Source of the DNA: Thermodesulfobacteriota bacterium
Lineage (GTDB): Bacteria; Desulfobacterota; Desulfobacteria; Desulfobacterales; SURF-7
Length of the DNA stretch: 64,000 bases
Assembly (NCBI GenBank): GCA_049320885.1
Contig: JBMORA010000029.1
Location: forward strand, 32,001-96,000
Direction: 5' to 3'
The notes under the pieces were generated by a model, which was not told the origin of the DNA, made no database searches, and saw nothing but the letters and a program-made list of their open reading frames with translations. Below are positions 9,566-18,564 of this stretch, one piece after another (position 1 is the stretch's first letter; each line of letters begins with the position of its first letter). Position numbers and translations under genes: made by a program.

Positions 9566-11428
9566 ATGTCATCCAAAAATGTGTCACATACATCCCTGAT
9601 GCCACAAACCGGTAAGCGACCCACCGCTGAAAAAGCGACTGCGCCGTCGGAGGAAATTCCCAACCGCTATTCGATCCGGGAAAGCGGATCGGAACGGATT
9701 TTGACCTGTATTGAAGCGCCCAATCTGCTGGTTCAGGTGAAAAACGGTTTGTCCGTTTCCGCCGCCGCCATGGCCAAATCTCCGCCGGGAACCATTTACC
9801 TGGACGGGGTGGCCCAAAACGGCCCCTTGCTGGACCATGCCAGACAGGTGTACAACTTTGATCACCATGAGGGCTGCATCCGGACGTTTACGCTGTCCAC
9901 CTGCGAACAGGTCCTGCTGATGATCAAAAAGGGGCTGGATCTGCGCAGCCGGGAATGGAAGATATTCGCCAACGATCCGGACCTGGATACGGTTCTGGCT
10001 GTCTGGCTGTTGTTGAATCATATCCGCATCAATGAACAGGAATCCATCCGGGAGCATATCCTGTTGCCCCTGGTCCGCCTTCAGGGCAGCATCGATTCCC
10101 TGGGACTGGAACTGAAACACCTGACGGGTCTCCCACCCGCGGTGCTGAATCAGAGCCAGCGCATCATCGATCATCTGCGCCGGAAGGAAATTCAGATCAA
10201 AAAGGAGGGCCGGTGGGAGGAGACGGATTTCCTGGAGTATACCGTCGGAGTGTTGCACGATATCGATCAGATCGTATATGAATCCAAAAAATTCGGAAAA
10301 TTATTGGGCATTGAGGAACTGGCGCGGGTCAATCTGCCGGATAACCGTGTGGCCGTGGTGCTGCAGTCCGACATGGGAATTTACGAGATCGAACCCCAAT
10401 TGAAGAAAATCTACGGCGGCAACATCGGTCTTGCGATCCTGCGGCGATCACCGTCGGCATATACCCTGCGGCAGGTGGATCCGTTTCTGCGCGGAAATCT
10501 GGAGGATGTGTACGACAAGCTGAATTTCATGGATCCGGCCGTGAAATACCGGAATGTAACCAACAAATGGGGAGGGGCTTCCGATATCGGCGGATCGCCG
10601 CGGGAAAGCGGGACAATGCTGACCCCGGAAGAAATCGCCAAAGGATGCCGCGACACGTTTCAGAAGTATTCCTTCTTGCAGAAGCTGCTGGATATATCCC
10701 TGATGGCCGGTTATTCCCTGGCGGCGTTGTTTTTGGCCGAACTCCTGGCGGCGTACTGGCGGCCCCTCGACTGGTTCGACGCACCGCTTGTCAATGCGGT
10801 TACCGCCGACCCCTATTTCGGATTCAGTTCCGGGCTGTTCCTGTTGGCCACCATCATCCTGGTCGCCGTGTCCGGTCGAAGACCGTGGCAGTTCGGAATC
10901 ATACGGCCCCTGGGGAAAAAATGGTGGCTCCTGTTGCCGCTCACGGTTCTGGCGGCTTTTGCCGGCGGCGCCTGGGCGCCGATGGCAAAGCTCCATCCGC
11001 AGCCTCCGGATGGTCTCCTCCTGCTGATAACCTGTATCCTGCTGACTTTCTCCGCCGAATATCTTTTCCGCTCCGTGCTGCATGGTGTTCTGGCCCAACG
11101 GTCCAGAATCCAGAATTATGAGAGCCGCTATTTCATTTCCTGGCCGAATCTCGGGACCGCTTGTCTGTACAGCATTTTCCTGACTTTTCTACCGTTCTTT
11201 CCCGATGAGTCCTTTCATCCGCTGTCCCTCAACCTCAGACCGGGCTCTCTGTATATCGCCGCCTTCCTTTTCAGTATGACGCTGGGTTTTGTCCGGGAAC
11301 GCTCCCATAGTTTTTTTACCGCTTTCCTGTTTCATCTGATCTCGGTTCTCTCGGTTGTGTTTTTACCGGACACGCTGATGAGCCTTGTTCCGTTGGCGTC
11401 CTTTTTGTGGTCGAAATTACCGTTATAA
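9566..11428 (+). CDS. DHH-like phosphoesterase domain fused to a CPBP/Abi (CAAX protease-like) membrane domain
   Basis: YLDG, NFDHHEG, NDPDLD, WGGASDIGGSPR; about 8 TM segments with AEYLFRS and RERSHS..AFLFH. Confidence 0.55.
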   Translation: MSSKNVSHTSLMPQTGKRPTAEKATAPSEEIPNRYSIRESGSERILTCIEAPNLLVQVKNGLSVSAAAMAKSPPGTIYLDGVAQNGPLLDHARQVYNFDHHEGCIRTFTLSTCEQVLLMIKKGLDLRSREWKIFANDPDLDTVLAVWLLLNHIRINEQESIREHILLPLVRLQGSIDSLGLELKHLTGLPPAVLNQSQRIIDHLRRKEIQIKKEGRWEETDFLEYTVGVLHDIDQIVYESKKFGKLLGIEELARVNLPDNRVAVVLQSDMGIYEIEPQLKKIYGGNIGLAILRRSPSAYTLRQVDPFLRGNLEDVYDKLNFMDPAVKYRNVTNKWGGASDIGGSPRESGTMLTPEEIAKGCRDTFQKYSFLQKLLDISLMAGYSLAALFLAELLAAYWRPLDWFDAPLVNAVTADPYFGFSSGLFLLATIILVAVSGRRPWQFGIIRPLGKKWWLLLPLTVLAAFAGGAWAPMAKLHPQPPDGLLLLITCILLTFSAEYLFRSVLHGVLAQRSRIQNYESRYFISWPNLGTACLYSIFLTFLPFFPDESFHPLSLNLRPGSLYIAAFLFSMTLGFVRERSHSFFTAFLFHLISVLSVVFLPDTLMSLVPLASFLWSKLPL

Positions 11429-11666
11429 AGGGACGCTCCTCGCTGAAACCCGACACTTCATTATACGCACCATAGGCCTGCAGGTTTTGCTCGGTTATAT
11501 TTTCAGAATTTAGTTGCCCAAGAAGCCTGCTTGTTGTACGGATATAAACCATTATGGCGGCGCTTGCCAAACCGCTGGCCAAGGAATTCATTTGGATGGG
11601 ACCTTGGGGTGAACGCACTGGTTGACCGATAACCGAATACCATTAACCATTAACGATTCAGGGTTT

Positions 11667-12311
11667 ATGAAAAGAACTATAATTTTCCTGGCGATGATGA
11701 TGGTCTCGTTTCCGGTTTTCGCACTGGATACGATTTCCGATCTGGAACTGAATGATCTCACCGGCCAAGCCGGCGTCAGCATTTTCCTCAACACAATCCG
11801 GATTGAGAAGGCCCATTGGGTCAGCGGCTATGGTGATGAGGGCGAAGCTGCTTTTGGAAACAATACCAACTGGTTACTGATGAGCGCCGAAGGCCGGACC
11901 CAGGAAATCTCTTTTCTTGGCTCCCGCACATTGGATATCGACATTGTCAGTCGCACCGAATTCACCAACGCGATATTGTCGGGGGCGGTTCCTGGTGTGC
12001 ATCCGGCCGATGCCTCCCGGTTCGGCGGTTTGCAAATGAGCGCCCTGGATGAATCTCACTCAACCGTCAGCGACAGTGTTTCCGATACGGCACTGATCAT
12101 CAGTTTGCCCAACGGGATTCAGATCGCCGACTGTGGCGATGTCGTGACCATAGGCCTTGGCCAGGTCGCTAACACTGCAGCCATCGATTTCGACACTCAA
12201 ATGCAAGTCCTGATCAAAACATATAGTGGGGGGGGGACCACCACCATCTCTGGCGCCGGCGGCCCAGTCTCGGCCAACAATGCCCACATCGGCATCATGG
12301 CCCACGACTGA
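11667..12311 (+). CDS. Secreted DUF6160/FilA-like protein
   Basis: Signal peptide ending VFA, followed by LDTISDLELNDLTGQAGVSI. Confidence 0.6.
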   Translation: MKRTIIFLAMMMVSFPVFALDTISDLELNDLTGQAGVSIFLNTIRIEKAHWVSGYGDEGEAAFGNNTNWLLMSAEGRTQEISFLGSRTLDIDIVSRTEFTNAILSGAVPGVHPADASRFGGLQMSALDESHSTVSDSVSDTALIISLPNGIQIADCGDVVTIGLGQVANTAAIDFDTQMQVLIKTYSGGGTTTISGAGGPVSANNAHIGIMAHD

Positions 12312-12367
12312 CGCTTTCCCTTGCTCCTTCTCCGTTTTCACCCGAGGACCGCGGAAATCAGAGTATA

Positions 12368-15300
12368 TCAGGCCCCTTCGAAAAAATCGTATCTTTTGTC
12401 ATTCTTCGCCTCTGGCATCGGCGTTCCGTTGGAACCCGCTGAATGGATACCGGACAACGCCGGTTGAGAAAATTTGGATACGGCCGTCACATGGGACACG
12501 TTCAGCGTAAGGGCGCCGAAATCCTCTTCCACCCTGCCGCTGAGGATGTAGGGACGGCTGCGATCCAGCAGCGCGCAGAAACGCCGGTAGGTTTCCGGGA
12601 AAAAAGTGGTTTCCACCAGACCGGTTTCATCCTCGAAAGTGAGGAATTCCATGGGTTCGTCGTGGCGGGTGCGCACCACCTTGCCGGTGATCAGCAGGCC
12701 GGCGAAGCGGATGCGGCGCCCCGCATGCCGGCCCAGCTCCATTGCTTTGACGAGACCGGTATCCGGCAGCCGGTCTTTGTACAGGGACATGGGATGAAAG
12801 CTGCACAGAAATCCGAGAACCTCGTATTCCCGCCGCAGGCGCTGGTATCCATCGTCCGGAGGCAGCACCGGCCGCCGGATACCCGGAAGCGGATGGAACA
12901 GGTCCCGGGATGGCAGCCGAGAGTTTCGGGAGTCCCGCCAGACCGCCACCTCCCATGACAAGTCGGCATGGCTAGCGCCGGGCCTGAGCGCGTCCAGGGC
13001 GCCGCTGTGAATGAGCGCCCGGACTTCGATGTCATCGGGGCGGACCCGCTCAAGAAAATCCGTGACGGTTTCATAGGGGCCGGTTTGCCGGTTTTCCAGG
13101 ATGCGACGCTGCACTCCGGCCCCCAGGTTTTTGACGGACTGGAGTCCCACCCGCAGGTGTTTCCCCCGGCCCTGCCAGCGGATCCGGCTGTGATTGACGT
13201 CGGGGTGGAGAATCGTCAGCCCCATGCGCCGCGCCTCGGATACATAGGCGCAGGTGTTGTAAAATCCGCCCTGGTTGCTGATCACCGCGGCCATGAATTC
13301 GGCCGGATGGCGGGCCTTGAGAAAGGCGGATTGGAAGGAAACCCTGGCATAGCTGGCGCTATGGGGCTTGCAGAAGGAGTAGCCCCCGAAGCTCAGGATC
13401 ATTTCCCAGACCGCCCGGAGCTGCTCGTCCGTCAATCCCCGTGAGCGGGCCCCGTCGAAAAAGCGGATTCGGTAGTCGTCCAGTTCAAGGACTTTGTCTT
13501 TTTTGGAGATGATTTTCCGCAGGCCGTCGGCCTCGGCATGGGAAAAACCGGCCAGGACCACGGCGGCTTTGGCGACATCTTCCTGATAGACCATGATGCC
13601 GTAAGTTTCCTCCAGGACATCGGCCAGGAGGGGATGGATGGGGTTCCAAGAGGCGCCGTGGAGACGGCGGAGGTATTCGCGGATAAAGGCATTCGCTGCC
13701 GGCCGGATAATGCTGCTGTGGATGACGATATGCTCGAAATCGCCGACCTTGGCCTTTTTCTGGAGCTGGCGGGTGGCCGGGCTTTCAATGTAAAAACAGC
13801 CCATGGTGTCGCCCCGGGCCACGGCGTCCCGGGTTACGGGATCATCCTCCGGTTCCCAGCGGCTTTCATCAAAGGTGACGCCGTTTTCCCGCAGACCGGC
13901 CACGGCGTCCCGGATCACGCCCAGGCTGCGGTTGCCGAGCAGGTCGATTTTGACCAGACCGCTTTCCTCGGCAGCGTCCTTTTCCCACTGGATGATGGGG
14001 ACGCCTTTGGGGGCGGTTTGAACGGGCACGTAGCCGGCGATGGGTTCCGGGGTGATGACCATGCCGCCGGAATGGACGGATAGATAGCGCGGGATGCCGA
14101 TCAGGCGTCGGGCCAGGCGGATGATGTCCGGCCAGGGGGCGGGGAAGGCCGTGGCTTTCATTTCCGGAACCTGTCGCAACTGGGTCAGCAGATCGTCCTC
14201 CATATGGCGGCTCCGCCAGTACCAGGGCAGGCGCCGGGTGATCCGGCTGATTTCGGTGTCCGTGAGGCCATGGACCTTGGCGACTTCCCGGATGGCCATG
14301 CGCGGCTGAAAAAGGACATGGTTGCACACCATGGCCGCATGACCGTCGTACTGCTTCAGGACGGAAGCCAGCACTTGGTCCCGCTCATCCCAGGCGAAAT
14401 CGATATCGATATCCGGCGGGTCCTTGCGTCCCGGATTCAGGAAGCGTTCGAAGTAGAGATTGTGTTTGACCGGGCAGACATTGGTGATGCCCAGGACATA
14501 GGCCACCAGGGAGGCCGCGCCGCTGCCGCGGCCGCAGATTCGCGGGCTGCGGCGCACGATATCCCGCACCACCAGAAAATAGGAGGAAAAGCCCATCCGG
14601 TCGATGACGGCCAGTTCATGTTCCAGACGGTCCACCACGGTTTCCGGCAGATCGTTGCCATAACGCCGGCGGGCCCCCTTGTAAGCGGCTTCACGAAGGA
14701 CGGCGGCGGCGGAACGCCCGTGGGGGTCGATCCAGGGAGGCATGACCAGACCGAAATCCGGACCGGTGAAGGCCAGCTCTTCGGCCAGCCGCCTGCCGGC
14801 GGTCACGGCTTCCGGCCAGGCGGCGAAGCGCCGGGAATACTCAGACGGTTCCGCCAGAAAGGCGTCGGCGGGCGCTGTGTCGTTTTGGGTCAGACGGGGC
14901 AGGGTGGTGCGGAGCTGGATGGCGCGCAGCAGCCGGTGGACCGCATTGTCATGGGGGTGAAGAAAAAAGGCTCCCGGTGTGGCCACAACCGGAATCTCCA
15001 GGCGGCGCGCCAGCCGCCGCAGTTGGAAATCCCCTGCGCCGGGGCGCCGGGGCAGGGGAATGGCCACGGATATCCCGGCGTTCCGCCACAACTCCAGCAG
15101 GTCCGGATGACGGGTCAGCACCACCAGCCCCTCGGAACGGACCATGACCGCCTTGGCCAGATCGAAATCTTCCCCGCGGTGCCGCTCGGTGATCAACCGG
15201 CAGAGTTGGCCATAGCCCGCCGCGTTTTTTACCAGACAGACGGCCCGGCGGTTTCTCGAGGGATCGGTCACCTCCACGCCCACGATGGGCGCAAGCCCGT

Positions 15301-15463
15301 TCCTTCGGCAGGCCTTGAGAAAGGGCCACAGGCCGTACAGATTGTCGGTATCCGTAAGGGCCAGCCGAAGGTAGCCCAACTGTCCGGCCCGCCGGCAGAT
15401 TTCTTCGGGGGAGGACACCCCCCACATGAGGGAATAGTGGGAGCGCAGGGTGAGGGGGATCAT
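12368..15463 (-). CDS. dnaE2: Error-prone DNA polymerase III alpha subunit (DnaE2/ImuC)
   Basis: Degenerate PHP domain, GRGSGAASLV, PDIDIDF, KIDLLG, YSFCKPHS, OB fold; in an operon with imuB-like and lexA. Confidence 0.9.
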   Translation of the reverse strand: MIPLTLRSHYSLMWGVSSPEEICRRAGQLGYLRLALTDTDNLYGLWPFLKACRRNGLAPIVGVEVTDPSRNRRAVCLVKNAAGYGQLCRLITERHRGEDFDLAKAVMVRSEGLVVLTRHPDLLELWRNAGISVAIPLPRRPGAGDFQLRRLARRLEIPVVATPGAFFLHPHDNAVHRLLRAIQLRTTLPRLTQNDTAPADAFLAEPSEYSRRFAAWPEAVTAGRRLAEELAFTGPDFGLVMPPWIDPHGRSAAAVLREAAYKGARRRYGNDLPETVVDRLEHELAVIDRMGFSSYFLVVRDIVRRSPRICGRGSGAASLVAYVLGITNVCPVKHNLYFERFLNPGRKDPPDIDIDFAWDERDQVLASVLKQYDGHAAMVCNHVLFQPRMAIREVAKVHGLTDTEISRITRRLPWYWRSRHMEDDLLTQLRQVPEMKATAFPAPWPDIIRLARRLIGIPRYLSVHSGGMVITPEPIAGYVPVQTAPKGVPIIQWEKDAAEESGLVKIDLLGNRSLGVIRDAVAGLRENGVTFDESRWEPEDDPVTRDAVARGDTMGCFYIESPATRQLQKKAKVGDFEHIVIHSSIIRPAANAFIREYLRRLHGASWNPIHPLLADVLEETYGIMVYQEDVAKAAVVLAGFSHAEADGLRKIISKKDKVLELDDYRIRFFDGARSRGLTDEQLRAVWEMILSFGGYSFCKPHSASYARVSFQSAFLKARHPAEFMAAVISNQGGFYNTCAYVSEARRMGLTILHPDVNHSRIRWQGRGKHLRVGLQSVKNLGAGVQRRILENRQTGPYETVTDFLERVRPDDIEVRALIHSGALDALRPGASHADLSWEVAVWRDSRNSRLPSRDLFHPLPGIRRPVLPPDDGYQRLRREYEVLGFLCSFHPMSLYKDRLPDTGLVKAMELGRHAGRRIRFAGLLITGKVVRTRHDEPMEFLTFEDETGLVETTFFPETYRRFCALLDRSRPYILSGRVEEDFGALTLNVSHVTAVSKFSQPALSGIHSAGSNGTPMPEAKNDKRYDFFEGA

Positions 15464-16668
15464 GGCGCCGTGTTTCCGCTACGACCGGCCGCCGGCCTTG
15501 CAAGGGTCCTTCCCAGGCAAAGGGACTGGAAGCCGAAACGCTCCCGGATTCGATCCAAGGCCGCCTGCAACGCTTGCTGCCGCCTGTTTTCCGCCGTCGG
15601 ATCGTCAAACAGCTCCAGTTGGCGCGAAGGGGGAGAAAGCCGGTCACAGATCAGGGAGATTCGGCGGACCCGCACCCGGCGCAGCCAGATATGGGCCAGG
15701 GTTTTTCGGGCCGTGACAAAGAGAGGATAATCGGCGGCGGCCGGCGGCTGGACAGGGTTTCTTCGGGTGCTGCACCGGTCGTCGGAATATTCCAGGACCA
15801 GGCCGATCCGCCGGCAGGCCAGCCGCCGGTTGCGCAGGCAAAGGCCGGCCTGCTCGACCAGGCGGTGGAGGCCGCTTTCCACCACGGCGGGATCGTTGGT
15901 ATCGTCGTCGAAGTCGTGATCCAGACGGATGCTCGGGGGGCGCCGGCCGGCGGGGAGGACCGGCGAGGGGTCGATGCCGCGGACGGCCGCAAGCAGGAAG
16001 GGGTGCGGCCGTCCGAGCAGAATCTCCAGTTGGCGGGGGTCGAGGACGGCCACCTCGCCGGCCCGCCGCAGGTTGAATTCCTTCAAGCGCTGTTGTTCGA
16101 ACTCCTCGATTCCCGGAATCAGTTGAATGGGCAGGGGGGCCAGAAAACCGGCTTCTTCTCCCGGCGGGACGATATAGTCGCCTGCCGGCTTGACCAGGCG
16201 CGAGGCCACCTTGGCCACCAGTTTGTTGGCCGCCACGGTCCAGATGGGGTCAATGCCCAGGTCGGCGCGGATGGCGTTGCGGATGCGGCGGGCCACATCC
16301 TGGGGCGGGCCGAACAACCGGCCGGTGCCGGTGGCGTCCATGAACAGGTGTCCCCGGTGGTCCGTGATTTCGATCAGCGGGGAATAGGGCCGCGCATGCT
16401 TGAAAAGGGCGGCCATGGCCTGCTCATACCGATCGGGACGGGGCGGGGTCACGGCCGCATCCCGGCATTGCCGCAAGGCCCGGCCCAGGAACATGCCCTT
16501 GCGGACCCCCTGGCAATAGGCCTCTTCGCTCATGTCATAAACGACCGCCCGCGCCGTCCCGGCGGGCGCCACGATCAGGGGCCGCCGGCGCAGCCGGGGT
16601 TCCAGCAGACGCTCCACGGCCACGGCGAAATCGGCCACATTCAGATGGATGACGGTCCGGACGGGCAT
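15460..16668 (-). CDS. Y-family polymerase homolog, probably inactive (ImuB-like)
   Basis: DinB-like fold (VIHLNVADFAVAVE, NKLVAKVAS, IPGI) lacking the catalytic DMD and SxDE residues; clamp-binding motif QLELF. Confidence 0.8.
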   Translation of the reverse strand: MPVRTVIHLNVADFAVAVERLLEPRLRRRPLIVAPAGTARAVVYDMSEEAYCQGVRKGMFLGRALRQCRDAAVTPPRPDRYEQAMAALFKHARPYSPLIEITDHRGHLFMDATGTGRLFGPPQDVARRIRNAIRADLGIDPIWTVAANKLVAKVASRLVKPAGDYIVPPGEEAGFLAPLPIQLIPGIEEFEQQRLKEFNLRRAGEVAVLDPRQLEILLGRPHPFLLAAVRGIDPSPVLPAGRRPPSIRLDHDFDDDTNDPAVVESGLHRLVEQAGLCLRNRRLACRRIGLVLEYSDDRCSTRRNPVQPPAAADYPLFVTARKTLAHIWLRRVRVRRISLICDRLSPPSRQLELFDDPTAENRRQQALQAALDRIRERFGFQSLCLGRTLARPAAGRSGNTAP

Positions 16669-16669
16669 C

Positions 16670-17518
16670 TCACGCCACCGTAAGCCCCTCTTGCCTGAGA
16701 AGCCCGATCAGCTGACGGGCGTTCTCCACGGCCTGGGCCCGGACATGGTTGTTGAAAAACAGCAGAATTGTTTTGGCCCGGCCGGCCATGGGCAGAATTT
16801 TCTCCTGGACCCACTCCCGCAGTTGTTCATCGGAGTAGGAGTAGTCAAACTGCTGCTGCAGGTTTCCTGAGCGCCACCCCCGGGCATTGCGGCCGTGAAA
16901 GCGTACATAACAAAGATCCGGATTGGTCACCACGTCCGGGGAGGTGAAAAGGCCGGGGAGGGGGGGGATGTCCACATGGACCAGCGTGACGCGACGGCGC
17001 TCCAGTTCGGCGAAGACCCGGTCGTTGGCCCAGGAATGATGCCGGAATTCCACGGCCAGGGGCAGATCCGCCAGTTCATCGAGCAGGGCGGCCAGATGGG
17101 CCCGGCGGTCGGGAGTCCGGCTGAAAGACGGCGGCAGCTGCACCAGGACGGCCCCGAGCTGGCCGCCCTGTCGCAGGGGAGCGATGCCGTTCCGGTATCC
17201 GGCGGCTTGGAGGGGCCAGTTTTGCGGATCGATCTCATGGGTGAGGGTGCGGGTCAGCTTCGCGGTGAAAATGAAATCCGCCGGAGCCTGCCGGCGTTGG
17301 CGTTCGACGGTGTCGGAGCGGGGCATCTGATACCAGGTGTAATTGAGTTCCGTCGCCGGAAACCGCCGGGCGTAAAGGGGCAGCATCCGGTTGGAGGACG
17401 TGCCCGGGGGATAAAATCCCGCTTCGACCCATTCCGTATAGGCGTAGCCGCTGGTGCCCACGTAAAGCCGGCCGCCGGCGGAGATATTTCGGGGGATGGG
17501 AGCTGGCTGGGCCGGCAT
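16670..17518 (-). CDS. DUF72 (YecE/UPF0759) family protein
   Basis: VGTSGYAYTEW..FYP, ELNYTWY, QLPPSF, VEFRH, YVRFHGRN, FFNNH. ATG at 17518 lies just after the lexA stop. Confidence 0.9.
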   Translation of the reverse strand: MPAQPAPIPRNISAGGRLYVGTSGYAYTEWVEAGFYPPGTSSNRMLPLYARRFPATELNYTWYQMPRSDTVERQRRQAPADFIFTAKLTRTLTHEIDPQNWPLQAAGYRNGIAPLRQGGQLGAVLVQLPPSFSRTPDRRAHLAALLDELADLPLAVEFRHHSWANDRVFAELERRRVTLVHVDIPPLPGLFTSPDVVTNPDLCYVRFHGRNARGWRSGNLQQQFDYSYSDEQLREWVQEKILPMAGRAKTILLFFNNHVRAQAVENARQLIGLLRQEGLTVA

Positions 17519-17526
17519 GGCGAATG

Positions 17527-18150
17527 CTACTCCAGGTTCCGGATGACGCCGATGACCTTGCCCTGCACCAGCACCTCGCCGAGACCATACTGGACCGATG
17601 AAAAACGGGGATTCTCCGGCCGGAGCTCGATGACGGAGCCCTGCCGGAAAAACCGTTTCACAGTGGCTTCCTCCTGGCGGATCAGGGCCGCGACGATCTC
17701 GCCGTTTTCGGCAAACTGGCGTGGCTCGCAAATAACGATGTCCCGGTCCAGGATGGCGGCGTTTGTCATCGAATCGCCTTGAACCCGGAGGGCGAACAGG
17801 TGGGGGCTGCGATACAGGGCCGCATCCACCCAGACAGTGCCGGCCCATTCCTGCTGGGCGTACAGGGGCAGGCCGGCGGCAATGGTTCCCACGATGGGCA
17901 CCGGTTTGCCGCGCAGGGCCTCCTCGGTTTTGGGCGACGGCCGCAGCAGGAACAGATTCCGGCCGTAGCGGCCGCCGCGGTCGACGACCCCTTTTTGTTC
18001 CAGGGCCTTGATGAGCTGGGATACGGCGGCATGGCTGACGCCCAGGGCCGCGGCGGTCCGGCGCAGGCTGGGGGCAACCCCGGCGCGGAGGATTTCCTGT
18101 TCCAGAAATTGCAGCAGGCGGGCCTGCTTGGGGGTGAGTTCCGGCGCCAT
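17527..18150 (-). CDS. lexA: LexA transcriptional repressor
   Basis: LTPKQ..wHTH, Ala-Gly cleavage site IAAGLP, Ser in GDSM, Lys in ATVKR; AAGGAG RBS. Confidence 0.92.
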   Translation of the reverse strand: MAPELTPKQARLLQFLEQEILRAGVAPSLRRTAAALGVSHAAVSQLIKALEQKGVVDRGGRYGRNLFLLRPSPKTEEALRGKPVPIVGTIAAGLPLYAQQEWAGTVWVDAALYRSPHLFALRVQGDSMTNAAILDRDIVICEPRQFAENGEIVAALIRQEEATVKRFFRQGSVIELRPENPRFSSVQYGLGEVLVQGKVIGVIRNLE

Positions 18151-18190
18151 GTGTCATCTCCTTGGATTACTGGTAGGAGCCCTATCATGG

Positions 18191-18233
18191 GAAAATGTAA
18201 ATGTCAATGTAAATATAAAAGTAAATATAAAAG
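18191..18233 (-). promoter_or_regulatory. lexA promoter -35 (TTGACA) embedded in 6/12-bp periodic ATTTAC repeats; candidate operator
   Basis: Plus strand reads GAAAAT GTAAAT GTCAAT GTAAAT ATAAAA GTAAAT ATAAAA G. Confidence 0.5.
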
Positions 18234-18564
18234 AGGCGAGGAAATTAACTGCAACCGCCTGAACTGCGGGGCACCCGTCAAAACGGTTAAAAGCTCCGGG
18301 ATCCTGAAAAAAAGAGTGAACGACAACTATCGGTCTATTATTCGAACAGTTACTGTTACCTTATCTTTAGCTTTTCCCGGTGAATCCATCTTCCATTCGC
18401 ACGACTCTCCATCCATCCAACCTGAATTTTGATGAACAAAACATTTGACCTCTGTTGATCAATGATATTAAAGGGGAAAGCCGGCGGGAAATATGGTGGA
18501 CGCAGTGTCCGGCGAAAACACAGCCCCGGCATCCTTCAACAGAAAGTCCCAAAAGAGGAATCGT

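Noticed and set aside
11429..11666. Possible c-di-GMP riboswitch or sRNA upstream of the DUF6160 gene
   Set aside because: No recognisable GEMM core motifs by eye. An Infernal/Rfam scan would be decisive.
17519..18157. N-terminal 213 codons of the 495-aa ORF 16670..18157, which suggest a larger DUF72 fusion
   Set aside because: They overlap lexA in another frame and read as low-complexity Arg/Pro/Gly sequence; DUF72 homology starts after the ATG at 17518.
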